DNA from: Candidatus Marinacidobacterales bacterium
GTDB taxonomy: Bacteria; Acidobacteriota; Vicinamibacteria; Marinacidobacterales; SMYC01
Length of the DNA stretch: 64,000 nucleotides
Direction: 5' to 3'
Assembly (NCBI GenBank): GCA_965237955.1
Contig: OZ250169.1
Span: 4,384,001 to 4,448,000 of the forward strand
Of the stretch, positions 11,907 through 22,025 are shown piece after piece. The position numbers and the translations under genes are program-made. Each line of letters starts with the position of its first letter. Positions within the stretch are counted from its first letter, which is position 1. The notes under the pieces are model-generated. The model searched no databases. It was not told the DNA's origin and was given only the letters and a program-made list of their open reading frames with translations.

Positions 11907-12836
11907 GTGGATTCCGAGATCCAGGAAGTGGCGGAGCTTCTCTTTTCCCGCAGGCTCGAGGCATTTCGCCACGCGATCGATGCTGATACCAACGCCGCGG
12001 CCGGGGACGATTCGTCGGCGATGGCGCGGGGCGCACGGGTGGCCGCCTGTGGAGACCTGTTCCGAGGCCATTGTGCGCGGGTGTTACGGGACTACATCGC
12101 CCTTCTTGCGATCTTCGACGCGCTCGCGGTTCCCGACGGGCTCGGCTCGACGTTCGAGGCACACGTAGACGAAGCCGCATCGGAGCTTCTCGCAACGCTC
12201 GGCGCCACCGGCCAAGCGGAGCGGAATCGAGTCTCGAATCAAGCGGCAAGCATCAAAGCCGAAACGGGGGCCGAGCTCCGCGAAGAGATGGAGCGCGCAC
12301 GCAAAGCGAAAGAGCATAACGAACAGGGCGCGAGCGCCCCTATCGATCCTGTCGAGCTCGACGATCGACTCCCCCTCGGCCGTCGCGGTGCCTTCGACCG
12401 TGACCTCGCCCGCGCGGTGGCAGAGGCCGAGCGCGACGGCGAGCCGTTCGCGCTGGTGATGATCGACATCGACCACTTCAAGCAGGTCAACGACGTTCAC
12501 GGGCACCCCGTCGGCGATGAAGTACTCCTCGAACTGGCCAAGCTCGTTGTGAACCGAACGGTCCGCAAAGGAGCCGCCTACCGGTTTGGCGGTGAGGAGT
12601 TCGCGCTCCTTCTACCTGGATATTCGGCAGAAGAAGCCGTGGGCCTCGCCGAGCGGATCCGCAAAGATCTCGAAGTAGCCACCCTCAGCAGCAAGAAGCT
12701 GCGGGTGACGGCGAGCTTCGGCGCCGCCAGCGTTCCCGCGCACGCCACAAAGGCCCAGGCGCTCCTCGAACAAGCCGACGCCGCACTCTACGAAGCCAAG
12801 CGAAGCGGCAGGAACCGCGTCGTGACCCCCGGTTAG
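11907..12836 (+). CDS. Diguanylate cyclase (GGDEF) with unassigned helical N-terminal domain
   Basis: GGAGG SD before GTG 11907; DIDHFKQVNDVHGHPVGD, RFGGEEF, ADAALYEAKRSGRNRV. Confidence 0.92.
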   Translation: MDSEIQEVAELLFSRRLEAFRHAIDADTNAAAGDDSSAMARGARVAACGDLFRGHCARVLRDYIALLAIFDALAVPDGLGSTFEAHVDEAASELLATLGATGQAERNRVSNQAASIKAETGAELREEMERARKAKEHNEQGASAPIDPVELDDRLPLGRRGAFDRDLARAVAEAERDGEPFALVMIDIDHFKQVNDVHGHPVGDEVLLELAKLVVNRTVRKGAAYRFGGEEFALLLPGYSAEEAVGLAERIRKDLEVATLSSKKLRVTASFGAASVPAHATKAQALLEQADAALYEAKRSGRNRVVTPG

Positions 12837-12845
12837 CGGACGCGA

Positions 12846-13838
12846 CTATCCGGTCGGCTCGGGCACGTCCTTGATGATCTCTTTGAGGATGTCGTCGGTG
12901 TCGACGTGCTCGGCTTCACCTTCGAAGTTGAGAAGGATACGGTGCCGAAGGGCGGGCATGACGACGTTGCGGATATCCTCGCACGCCACGTGGACCCGAT
13001 CGTTCAGGAGCGCTAGCATCTTGCCGCCGAGAACGAGCGCTTGGGTTCCGCGAGGGCTCGCCCCGAAGCGCGCGTACTTGTTCGTCAGAGCGTGCGCGTG
13101 GGTTGAGTTCGGGTGTGTTGCGAGCGTGAGCCGGATGGCGTAGTCCTGCACCGGCTTCGCGATCGGCACCGAGAGCACGGTCTCGCGCATCTGCATGACC
13201 TCGCCGTGCTCGAGCACGGCTTGTGCCTGCGCCTCGCCCACTTGCGTGGTGCGGTCCATGATCTGGTGCATCTCGTCGATGTTGGGGTATTCGATCTTGA
13301 GCTTGAACAGGAAACGATCCATCTGCGCTTCCGGAAGCGGGTAGGTACCTTCGAGCTCGATGGGGTTCTGTGTCGCCATGACGAAGAACGGCTCCTCGAG
13401 CTTGTGGGTGATGTTGCCGACGGAAACGCTCTTTTCCTGCATCGCCTCGAGCAACGCTGACTGCGATTTCGGCGTGGCGCGGTTGACCTCGTCGGCGAGC
13501 ATGAGGTTGCAAAAGATCGGTCCTTGCTGGAAGTCGAGGTATTTCTCGCCCGTCTCGGTCTCGCGGAGGACGTTGGTGCCGATGAGATCACCCGGCATGA
13601 GATCGGGAGTAAATTGGATACGGTTGAACTTCAAGTTCATCACGTCGGCGAGCGTCTGAACGATCAGGGTTTTCCCGAGTCCGGGGATACCTTCGAGCAG
13701 GACGTGCCCGCGGGTGAGCAAGCACGACAAGATGCTCCCGATGACCTCGCGGTTGCCGACGACGACGCGGCCCATCTCCTGCTGAACGGCTTCATATTGT
13801 TTGTGGAACTGGCCGATTTTTTTCTCGATCGCGATCAT
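12846..13838 (-). CDS. MoxR family AAA+ ATPase
   Basis: GHVLLEGIPGLGKT, RIQFTPDLMPGD, ADEVNRA, ATQNPIELEGTYPLPEAQMDRF; ATG 13838 overlaps the upstream stop. Confidence 0.96.
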   Translation of the reverse strand: MIAIEKKIGQFHKQYEAVQQEMGRVVVGNREVIGSILSCLLTRGHVLLEGIPGLGKTLIVQTLADVMNLKFNRIQFTPDLMPGDLIGTNVLRETETGEKYLDFQQGPIFCNLMLADEVNRATPKSQSALLEAMQEKSVSVGNITHKLEEPFFVMATQNPIELEGTYPLPEAQMDRFLFKLKIEYPNIDEMHQIMDRTTQVGEAQAQAVLEHGEVMQMRETVLSVPIAKPVQDYAIRLTLATHPNSTHAHALTNKYARFGASPRGTQALVLGGKMLALLNDRVHVACEDIRNVVMPALRHRILLNFEGEAEHVDTDDILKEIIKDVPEPTG

Positions 13839-15406
13839 GGCTCTGAGGTCGACTCCGACGAATGGGTGAGAATGGACAAAAAGTAACGTTTCACTAGAGA
13901 CCGGTACTGCCACGGGACGCTGTCGCGCTCCATGGCACTTTCTTCCGCGTAGCTTCCAGGCGATTGGACATCCTCGTAGTTGAGCGTGGACTTCTCTTCC
14001 CGGGACAGGCGCTCGAATATTTCTTCGGGGACAGGCTCTGCTTGCTCATCGGGGCTCAGGACTTCCATCTCCAACTGTACATCGAGCGTCGTCGCTTCAC
14101 CGAGAACCTGATCCTCGCCCGGACCTCCCTGCCCGGCGGTATCGCCCGCGGGTCCGGCGTCCACGGGGACGGCACTCGAAGGGTCGCCCTGCATCTGAGC
14201 CCCGGCCTGGCTTTGCGCCTGACCCGGCGCTTGCTGCTGTTCACCCTGTTGCTGTTGCCCGGCCTGCTGTTGTCCGAGTGAAGCTTGGAGCTGCTGCATC
14301 TCCTGGCCCATCTCGTCCATATCCTGGCGGGCGGCCATTTGCTCGCCCAGGTTCTCCATCTGCTCGGCCATGGCTTCGAGGGCTTGTACCATCTGAGCAA
14401 GGTCTTCGGCCGTCAAATCACCGGCGGCTTGCTCGAGGTTCTCCATCATTTCGGCGAGCTCTTCGCTCTGTATGTTCGAGTTCTTGAGCGACTCGAGAAG
14501 TGCCTGGAGCTCTTCCGACGACTGCGCATCGGCGAGCCGCTCGGCGAGCTCTCGCAAAAGCTCCGCGGCTTCTTCGGTGTTCTGTGACTTCAGCGCTTCG
14601 GACAGCTCGGCCAGGGCCGGCACGGATTCCATTTGCGCTCCGAGCTCTTCGAGATCCATCTCGAGCCGCTCCATTTCCGCTTGGCTCGCCGCCAACGCTT
14701 CCTGCGCCTCGCTCAGCTCCTGCAAGGCTTCGGAGAGCTCGATGTCCCGCCGGCGCAACCGCTCCAACGCATCCGACAGCTCTTCGAGTTTTTCCTCTTC
14801 GGGTGCAAGAGCTCGAGCTTGATCGAGAAGCTCTTCGATGTGCTCGACTTGGCCCTGCTGCGATGCCGTGAACAACTCCGCTTGTTCGAGCTCCTGGAGC
14901 CATCCCGGGTTCCATGCGTAAAGCGAGACGAGCGCGACGCCGATGCCGCTCGCGTAGAAGAGAGGTCGGGGCACAACGGTGGGGGCCATGTCCGGGGGCG
15001 ACAACGCGTCGGCGGTGTCCGCGCTTCGCTCGATCTGGACGACCATCCACTCGGTGCGCTGATCCAACCCGAGGAACGCGAGCGCGCTCTTGAGGGCGTC
15101 CTTGAGACCTGCCACGGAGTCGGCCACTGCCGCAGAGCGAGCGAGGTTTCGCTCGCGCCTGGGCCACAGGATGACGCGCCACAGGATGACCCCGGCAACC
15201 ACAATAACGTACGCGACCAGGAGCACCGAGCGCGTGGTCGGGGAATCCCACCATCCGGCGAGCTTCAAGATGACGAGCAGGCCTACGAGCCCCCAGAGGC
15301 CGCGTGTCAAGAGCTCGAGCGCATCGTTTCCGCGCAGGCGCCGGTCCACCCGGCCCAGAAAGTCGACAATCCGCTTGCGGTTTACCGGGTCCTGGTCACT
15401 TCGCAT
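13835..15406 (-). CDS. Membrane-anchored Glu/Gln-rich coiled-coil protein (MoxR operon partner)
   Basis: Three TM segments, long heptad-rich region, C-terminal VPWQYRSLVKRYF motif typical of MoxR-associated proteins. Confidence 0.8.
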   Translation of the reverse strand: MRSDQDPVNRKRIVDFLGRVDRRLRGNDALELLTRGLWGLVGLLVILKLAGWWDSPTTRSVLLVAYVIVVAGVILWRVILWPRRERNLARSAAVADSVAGLKDALKSALAFLGLDQRTEWMVVQIERSADTADALSPPDMAPTVVPRPLFYASGIGVALVSLYAWNPGWLQELEQAELFTASQQGQVEHIEELLDQARALAPEEEKLEELSDALERLRRRDIELSEALQELSEAQEALAASQAEMERLEMDLEELGAQMESVPALAELSEALKSQNTEEAAELLRELAERLADAQSSEELQALLESLKNSNIQSEELAEMMENLEQAAGDLTAEDLAQMVQALEAMAEQMENLGEQMAARQDMDEMGQEMQQLQASLGQQQAGQQQQGEQQQAPGQAQSQAGAQMQGDPSSAVPVDAGPAGDTAGQGGPGEDQVLGEATTLDVQLEMEVLSPDEQAEPVPEEIFERLSREEKSTLNYEDVQSPGSYAEESAMERDSVPWQYRSLVKRYFLSILTHSSESTSEP

Positions 15407-15484
15407 AAAAACAATTATTCAGCCGCCTGCATAATACACCATCCACTTGGGCTCCGCCGGGTGACCTGGTAATCTCTCCGGAGC

Positions 15485-16216
15485 ATGCGGCTGCCGCTCC
15501 TTGCTGTTCTGATTGCGATCCCTGGCTGCCGCTCCGATGGCAACGTGCCGTCGACGGCGCCACGGGCGACCACATCGATCGCGCAAGCACCAACCCAGAC
15601 GGTGCGGATCATGCCGCTCGGCGACTCGATCACCCAGGGCGATGCGGACCACAACACCTACCGGCTTCCGCTTTGGAAAAGTCTCGAAGCGGACGGCTAC
15701 GACGTCGATTTCGTCGGGAGCCTGCGAGCCCACCACCGAGGTCCGCCGCCACGCGACGACTTCGATCGAGATCACGAAGGACACTGGGGCTGGCGTGTCG
15801 ACGAGATCCTCGATCGTATCCGGGGCTGGGTCGAAGACAGCGAGCCTGACATCATTCTGATCCACCTCGGATCCAACGACGTGTTCCAGGGCGAAGACGT
15901 CGAGAGCACGCTCGACGAGCTCGGCGAGCTCATCGACGCTGTCCGCGAGTCGCGACCCGAGGCCACCTTTCTCCTCGCGCAGATCATCCCAACGACAATG
16001 GCTAACGCCAACGCTGGGATCCGAGAGCTCAACGCTCGCATCCCCGAGTTCGCCGCTTCGAAGTCAGAAGCGACATCGCGCGTCGTCGTCGTCGATCACT
16101 TCACCGGCTTCGACGCGACCCGACAAACCTACGACGGTGTCCACCCGAACGCAGACGGCGAGATCCACTTGTCTGATCGGTGGCTCGCGGCGCTAATAGA
16201 CGTGCTCGCACCGTGA
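15485..16216 (+). CDS. SGNH/GDSL hydrolase lipoprotein
   Basis: Lipobox IPGC; IMPLGDSIT, HEGHWG, HLGSND, DGVHPN. Confidence 0.93.
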   Translation: MRLPLLAVLIAIPGCRSDGNVPSTAPRATTSIAQAPTQTVRIMPLGDSITQGDADHNTYRLPLWKSLEADGYDVDFVGSLRAHHRGPPPRDDFDRDHEGHWGWRVDEILDRIRGWVEDSEPDIILIHLGSNDVFQGEDVESTLDELGELIDAVRESRPEATFLLAQIIPTTMANANAGIRELNARIPEFAASKSEATSRVVVVDHFTGFDATRQTYDGVHPNADGEIHLSDRWLAALIDVLAP

Positions 16217-17271
16217 AAGCGGTTACGTTCCAAGGCACGCGGCGCGTTGCGGTGGAATCGGTTCCGGATCCCGCGATCGAAATGCCGAGCGACGTCGTCG
16301 TACGAACCCGTCTCACTGCAATTTGTGGATCGGATTTGCACGTCTACCTCGGCCGGGAGACGGGAAACGATCTGGGAACGCCCATGGGCCACGAATTCCT
16401 CGGTGAGGTCGTGGAGCTCGGCGCCAACGTCACGAAGTTGAAGCGCGGCGACGTCATCGTGTCGCCGTTCACGACGAATTGCGGCGCGTGTTTTTACTGC
16501 GAGCAAGGCCTGACGTGTCGGTGCACACGGGGGCAGCTCTATGGCTGGGTCGAAAACGGCGACGGACTTCCCGGCGCACAAGCGGAGTACGTTCGCGTTC
16601 CCCTCGCGGATGCGACCGCGTTCAAAATTCCGGAAGGTGTGCCGGACGGTGTGGATGCCGAGCCGGCATTGTTTCTCGGAGATATTCTCGCGACCGGCTT
16701 CTACTGCGCCGAGATGGCGGACGTCTCGCCCGGGGGCACCTACGCCGTGATCGGTTGTGGTCCCGTAGGCTTGCTCGCGATCGTCGGCGCCCGTGAGCTC
16801 GGGGCCGAGAAGGTGATCGCAGTCGACGTTTTGCCCGAGCGGCTCGCTCTCGCCGAAGCCTTCGGCGCAACGCCGGTCCATGCCAACGAGCAGGATGCTC
16901 GGGAAGTCTTGGACGACGCAACCGAAGGCCGTGGCGCGGATGGCGTCCTCGAGGTCGTCGGGAGTCCCGACGCGACCCGCCTCGCCGTCGATCTCGTCCG
17001 TCCCGGCGGCGTCGTGTCCGCGGTCGGCGTGCACACGGAGCCGAAATTCGCGTTCTCGCCCGGCGACGCCTATGACAAGAACCTCACCTACCGAGCCGGG
17101 CGGTGCCCCGCGCGACATTATATGGAGCGGCTCCTCCCTCTCGTCCAGAGCCGGAAATACGACCTCGGCGCCATCGTCTCCCACCGGCTCCCGCTCGCCG
17201 ACGGCGTCCGGGGCTACGAGCTTTTCGAGCAAAAACTGGAAAGCTGCACCAAGGTCATTTTGTCGCCCTGA
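16213..17271 (+). CDS. Zinc-dependent alcohol dehydrogenase family protein
   Basis: ICGSDLH, GHEFLG, CGACFYCEQGLTCRC, GCGPVG; GTG overlaps the upstream TGA. Confidence 0.95.
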   Translation: MKAVTFQGTRRVAVESVPDPAIEMPSDVVVRTRLTAICGSDLHVYLGRETGNDLGTPMGHEFLGEVVELGANVTKLKRGDVIVSPFTTNCGACFYCEQGLTCRCTRGQLYGWVENGDGLPGAQAEYVRVPLADATAFKIPEGVPDGVDAEPALFLGDILATGFYCAEMADVSPGGTYAVIGCGPVGLLAIVGARELGAEKVIAVDVLPERLALAEAFGATPVHANEQDAREVLDDATEGRGADGVLEVVGSPDATRLAVDLVRPGGVVSAVGVHTEPKFAFSPGDAYDKNLTYRAGRCPARHYMERLLPLVQSRKYDLGAIVSHRLPLADGVRGYELFEQKLESCTKVILSP

Positions 17272-17349
17272 CGGCATCGCACATCCGCGCCGCTCTTGGT
17301 AGCATAGATCTATAGACCCGAAAACTCGGTACAAGCTGTACTGGCAGGG

Positions 17350-18436
17350 TGCCTTGGTGCACAACTCCGATAGAGGCCGAGAGCTCGCTTGGCCCCGACT
17401 CCCATCATCCGGTCATCTCGCTATCAGGCATCCCGAGCGCCGTCATGGTGTTGAGAATCTTGCACCCGATCCTTGCCTCGACTCTCTGTGCCGCCAACCC
17501 TCTCGCTCGCATCGCTGAGCCCACGATAGCCTTGTAGCGATGGAACGTTGTCTCGACTTTGCTCCGTTTGCTGTAGCCCGATTCTGTGTGCCACTTTCGT
17601 TTGCCGAGCCGAGCTTGTGCTGCAATGTTGCGATTGCGCTGTCGGCTGCTCGCCGGCCCCGATGCGAGCTGGGCGCCCTTGCGCGGCGGTATCAGCACCC
17701 TCGGCGAGCAATGAGCGCTGTGATTCTCGATTGCCTCATAGACGCCGCCGGCGTCGTATGCGGTGTCAGCTCTGGCCGATGAGATGGGACTGTCGATCTG
17801 TCCGACAAGCGATGCAACCCGCGATGAATCGCGGGCTCTTTTGCTCGTCAGCTCGCCGGCGACGACTTCGCCACTCTGCTCGTCGACACACAGATGGAGC
17901 TTGCGATAGTCCCTGCTCTTTGGTGCTCTGCGCAGCTGGCCGGCGTGGACAGCGAGACCGCTGCTGTCGATCAAGATGTGCAACGGCGTCTTCTGCTTGT
18001 CTTGGTAGAAGGGGACCTTACCCAGCTTCGCCTTGCGCCTCGAGATCGTGGTGTGATCGGGCACATCATTGTCTAGCTTCATCAGAGCGAACAACGATCG
18101 CAGCAATCCCTCGCTCTGCCTAGATGACAGATGAAACACCATGCCCAGGGTGACAGCCGTCTCGATGGCGTGGTTCGAGTACTTGCGTTGACGGCCCGGT
18201 TTCCTCCTCCTCGGCCGGGGCGCGTCCCAGTTCACAAGCTTGCCGGCGGTGAGCGAGATCCAGACGGTCAGGCTCCCACGGTTGCGTAGACCCGCCTCAT
18301 ATTCACGCCAATTCCTCACGCGATAGGCCTTCTTCACATACTTCCGCTGAGTGCGTTTGAAAATGCTCATGGGGAACCTCGAATCCGTGAGTAAAGGACA
18401 ATTGTGGACCGAGATCGCGAGTTGTGCACCAAGGCA
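17350..18436 (-). mobile_element. IS5 family (IS903 group) insertion sequence, copy 2
   Basis: Same 18-bp IRs as copy 1; only two substitutions noticed near the transposase 3' end. Confidence 0.95.
17405..18370 (-). CDS. IS5 family transposase
   Basis: 321 aa, identical to copy 1 except the terminal EMTG vs EMIG. Confidence 0.95.
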   Translation of the reverse strand: MSIFKRTQRKYVKKAYRVRNWREYEAGLRNRGSLTVWISLTAGKLVNWDAPRPRRRKPGRQRKYSNHAIETAVTLGMVFHLSSRQSEGLLRSLFALMKLDNDVPDHTTISRRKAKLGKVPFYQDKQKTPLHILIDSSGLAVHAGQLRRAPKSRDYRKLHLCVDEQSGEVVAGELTSKRARDSSRVASLVGQIDSPISSARADTAYDAGGVYEAIENHSAHCSPRVLIPPRKGAQLASGPASSRQRNRNIAAQARLGKRKWHTESGYSKRSKVETTFHRYKAIVGSAMRARGLAAQRVEARIGCKILNTMTALGMPDSEMTG

Positions 18437-18489
18437 GCGAGACAGTGCAATTCGCCGACGGCGATGCCGCCGTCACTTCAGATCCCGAT

Positions 18490-19332
18490 ATGAGCGCGCC
18501 TGATGGCGACCGCACTGACATCCACGTCATCATCGAGCCCGGAGGTCGCGCGCTCGAGGACGAGCTCGAGGATTTACTTCACTACCGCGATCTTCTCTAC
18601 TTTCTGGTGAGACGAGAGATCACCGTCCGGTACAAGCAAACGCTCCTCGGTGCTGCCTGGGCGGTGCTCCAGCCGCTCATGACCATGGTGGTGTTCAGCG
18701 TTTTCCTCGGGCGGCTCGCCGGGATTCCGAGCGACAACATTCCTTATCCGGTCTTCGCGTATCTCGGGCTTTTACCGTGGACGTACTTCTCGGGTACGGT
18801 GAGCCGATGCAGCGCCAGCATCGTTGCGAACCAGAGCCTCCTCGGCAAGGTCTACTTTCCGCGCGTCTTGATCCCGCTGAGCTCTACGCTCGCGGCTCTC
18901 GTGGATTTCGCCATCGCCGCGTGCGTTCTCGTCGGTCTCATGCTGTGGTTCGGGCTTCCTCCCGCCGCGAGCTGCCTTCTCTACGTGCCGTTAACCGCGC
19001 TCACGGCCACACTCGCGCTGGGTGTGGGGATGTGGCTCGCATCGCTCAACGTGCAGTTCCGCGATGTCCAGCAAGCGACGCCGTTCCTATTGCAGATCTG
19101 GATGTTCGCCACTCCGATCGTCTACCCGGGAAGCCTCGTGCCCGAACGCTATCGTTTCGTCTACGAGCTCAATCCCATGGCGGGCGTCATCGCCGCGTAC
19201 CGGGCGTCCGCACTCGGGACACCCATCAATTGGCAATCGCTCGGCGTTTCAGTGGTTGTGGCGATCGTGTTCCTTGCCACTGGTTGGTGGCAGTTTCGCA
19301 GAATGGACCGCCATTTTGCCGATATCGTGTGA
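18490..19332 (+). CDS. wzm: Polysaccharide ABC transporter permease (Wzm)
   Basis: VRYKQTLLGAAWAVLQPL, KVYFPR, FATPIVYP, LNPMAGVI, FADIV. Confidence 0.93.
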   Translation: MSAPDGDRTDIHVIIEPGGRALEDELEDLLHYRDLLYFLVRREITVRYKQTLLGAAWAVLQPLMTMVVFSVFLGRLAGIPSDNIPYPVFAYLGLLPWTYFSGTVSRCSASIVANQSLLGKVYFPRVLIPLSSTLAALVDFAIAACVLVGLMLWFGLPPAASCLLYVPLTALTATLALGVGMWLASLNVQFRDVQQATPFLLQIWMFATPIVYPGSLVPERYRFVYELNPMAGVIAAYRASALGTPINWQSLGVSVVVAIVFLATGWWQFRRMDRHFADIV

Positions 19333-19335
19333 CTC

Positions 19336-20651
19336 GTGACCGAGCCTGTCATTCGTAGCCAGCACCTCTCGAAACGATACCGCGTGGGCGGTGCACCTCG
19401 CCGCCACGGCGACTTTCGCGAGGCCTTCGACAATTTGCTGAAGGCGCCTTGGCGGCGACTTCGCTCGATGCGAATCGAGCCGACGCAGGAAGACGAGACG
19501 TTCTGGGCGATCAAAGATTTGAGTTTCGAAGTCGCGCCTGGTGAGATTCTTGGCATCATCGGACCGAACGGCGCCGGGAAGAGTACGCTGCTCAAGATCC
19601 TGTCGAGGATTACATCGCCGACGGAGGGCCGAATCGAGCTTCGTGGAAGGGTGGCAAGCTTGCTCGAGGTCGGGACCGGATTTCATCCCGATTTGACCGG
19701 CCGCGACAACATCTACCTGAACGGCACGTTTCTCGGAATGCGAAAACGGGAAACCGATCGTAAGTTCGACGAGATTCTTGATTTCGCGGAAGTGGAGCGC
19801 TTCATCGATACGCCGGTGAAACGCTATTCGAGCGGGATGTACGTCCGACTTGCTTTCGCCGTAGCAGCTCACCTCGAGTCGGAGATTCTTCTCGTCGACG
19901 AGGTGCTCGCCGTCGGGGATGCGAACTTCCAACGCAAGTGCCTCGGCAAGCTCGACGATATTGCCCAGCTCGGACGCACCGTGCTGTTCGTCAGTCACAA
20001 CCTCGCAGCCGTACAGCGTCTCTGCAAGCGGGCGATCTTGCTACAAAACGGCCGTCTCGCCGACCAAGGTCCGGTGACAAACGTTGTCAGGGAGTACCTT
20101 CGAGCGTCGGCCGCGGACACGGACGTCGCACGGTTTCCACCGACACGCGGCAAGGCGCGGGATGGGCGCGCGTCGTGAACGTAAAGATGGTAGACGAGGA
20201 CGGACGCGCTGTCGGCTCTCGCCCATGCGACAAAGACCTCAATCTGGTCATCGACGTGGAGACGACGAACGCGATGGGAAGCCACACCCTCCGCGGCTTG
20301 GTCCTCGAGCTGATGTTTCTCTCGGAAGAGGGGCAACCGGTCACGAGTGTGATGAACGTGGACGACGGTGCCGCCGAGTTTCCGTCCGCCAAGCGCTGCC
20401 GGGTTCGGGTGCAAATCCCGAGTCCCACGTTCATGCCCGGCCGCTACCGGCTGAGGATCTTTCTAGGTATTCCGTTCCTGCAGCACGTCGACGATATCGA
20501 CAATGCGTTGAGCTTCGAGATCCTGCCCCCAGAAATGCCGTGGCGCCCCTACGAGCTGCACCCGAGCCGTGGAGTCGTGTGCCTCAAAGCCGAGTGGCAG
20601 TGCGAAACAGATCTTTCTACGACACGAAGTTCAACCCGCGTTTCCTCCTGA
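19336..20651 (+). pseudogene. wzt: Polysaccharide ABC ATPase (Wzt); C-terminal carbohydrate-binding domain out of frame near 20140
   Basis: GPNGAGKST, TPVKRYSSGM, VDEVLAVGD, VSH; a Wzt_C-like domain (GAGWARVVNV...MPGRYRL) continues in another frame to 20651. Confidence 0.85.
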
Positions 20652-20674
20652 ACGTACGAGCTAGTTGTTAATGT

Positions 20675-22025
20675 GCCTCTCCTGCCATTTCAGTGGATCC
20701 TCTCGAGGGTGAGACCGCCACAGTTTAGGTAGACGAGACTGATGAGAGCTTCGGCAGAGTGGAGTCCAAAGCTGCGGTGGCTCAGCAGCCGGATTTTGTT
20801 GTTCATTCCTTCGAGTCGGCCGTTGCTGAGTCTCCACGTGACCCACGCGATGACGCCATCGAAGTGGCTGCGGATCATCTTCGCCGCGCGTTTGACGGGC
20901 TCTATCCTCGAGCTCATAGCGCGCCGCAGCCATCCTCGGAGAAACTTCTTGGCCCATGTCTCGGTTTTGTAGGTGTAGAGGTCCATGAAGTCGTCGCGCA
21001 GAAGCATGGCGCGGTAGAGGCGACGATTAGCTCGCACCTGCTCGCGGAGCACCCGTTTGTCTTTCGCGCTGCGGTTGTGTTTGGCCTTGAGAAGGGGAAA
21101 CTTGGTGTTCTTGAGGTTGCGCCGGGCAGTCCCTTTGAGCTCGCGCACCAGCTCGCGCCGGGTCTTATCCACGGCCTCGTTCAGATGCTTGACGATGTGG
21201 AAGCGGTCAAAGATCACCCGTGCCTGAGGAGCCTTTTTGCCGACGACAGTTATGTACGGCTCCCACATGTCCATGCTGACCGCTTCGAGCTCCGCGGCTC
21301 TTTGTGGTCCGAGCTTGCGGAAAAACCGCAGCAGCGTCTTGGCCTTGCGCTCCTTTCCCGCCCAGACGACCCGGCCGCTGAGATGGTCTATTACCACTGT
21401 TAAGTACTTGTGGCGTTTGCGGTAGCTGATCTCGTCCATCCCAATCACCCGCAATCCATCGAGCTCGCGCCGCTCATCCCGCTGCTCGGCAACCACTCGC
21501 TGGATGATCCGTCGCACCGAACGCCACGTCACTCGGAAATAGTTCGCTACGGCGCTGACGTCCGTCCTCTGTGCCAGCCACGCTACCTCTTGTTCGAAGC
21601 TTTTGGTAAAGCGGCTTCCCTTGTCTGCCCAAGGCACCTTTTCTCTGACCACTCCACACCGCCGACATACCACTCGTCGGATCGAGTAGCGAAGATAGGT
21701 CCGGACTCCGAACAGGTCCAAGTGCCACCAGTAGCGATTGTAGCGATCTTTGTTCTTGCGGACCTTTCGTCCGCAAATCCCGCACAGAGGCTTCCTCCTC
21801 CGTGGTACTACATCCACCACCACTCTGGCTTTGTCCGCCTGGAAGTAGAAACCTCGGACCCACAGGCCTTGCAATCCGATGAGCTTGTTGACTAACGTAG
21901 TAACGCGCATCGCGGGAACGCTCTTTTCTCTTTCGGAAAAAAAGATTCTAGCGTTCTCGCCGATGCGCATCTACTGGGCGCAGTACAATCCCCGTCGACT
22001 TACCCGCTCATCGGGCAAAGGCGCC
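20675..22025 (-). mobile_element. ISL3 family insertion sequence (ends approximate)
   Basis: Transposase plus weak imperfect IRs GCCTCTCCTGCC.. / ..GGGCAAAGGCGCC; no target duplication seen. Confidence 0.8.
20690..21910 (-). CDS. ISL3 family transposase
   Basis: Zn finger CGIC...CRRC, VPWA, IGMDEISYRKRHKYLT, DMWEPY, FDRFH, SNGRLEGMNNKIR. Confidence 0.95.
   Translation of the reverse strand: MRVTTLVNKLIGLQGLWVRGFYFQADKARVVVDVVPRRRKPLCGICGRKVRKNKDRYNRYWWHLDLFGVRTYLRYSIRRVVCRRCGVVREKVPWADKGSRFTKSFEQEVAWLAQRTDVSAVANYFRVTWRSVRRIIQRVVAEQRDERRELDGLRVIGMDEISYRKRHKYLTVVIDHLSGRVVWAGKERKAKTLLRFFRKLGPQRAAELEAVSMDMWEPYITVVGKKAPQARVIFDRFHIVKHLNEAVDKTRRELVRELKGTARRNLKNTKFPLLKAKHNRSAKDKRVLREQVRANRRLYRAMLLRDDFMDLYTYKTETWAKKFLRGWLRRAMSSRIEPVKRAAKMIRSHFDGVIAWVTWRLSNGRLEGMNNKIRLLSHRSFGLHSAEALISLVYLNCGGLTLERIH

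Noticed and set aside
20120-20180. Programmed frameshift in wzt
   Set aside because: No slippery heptamer; a simple indel (mutation or error) in a decayed locus is more parsimonious.
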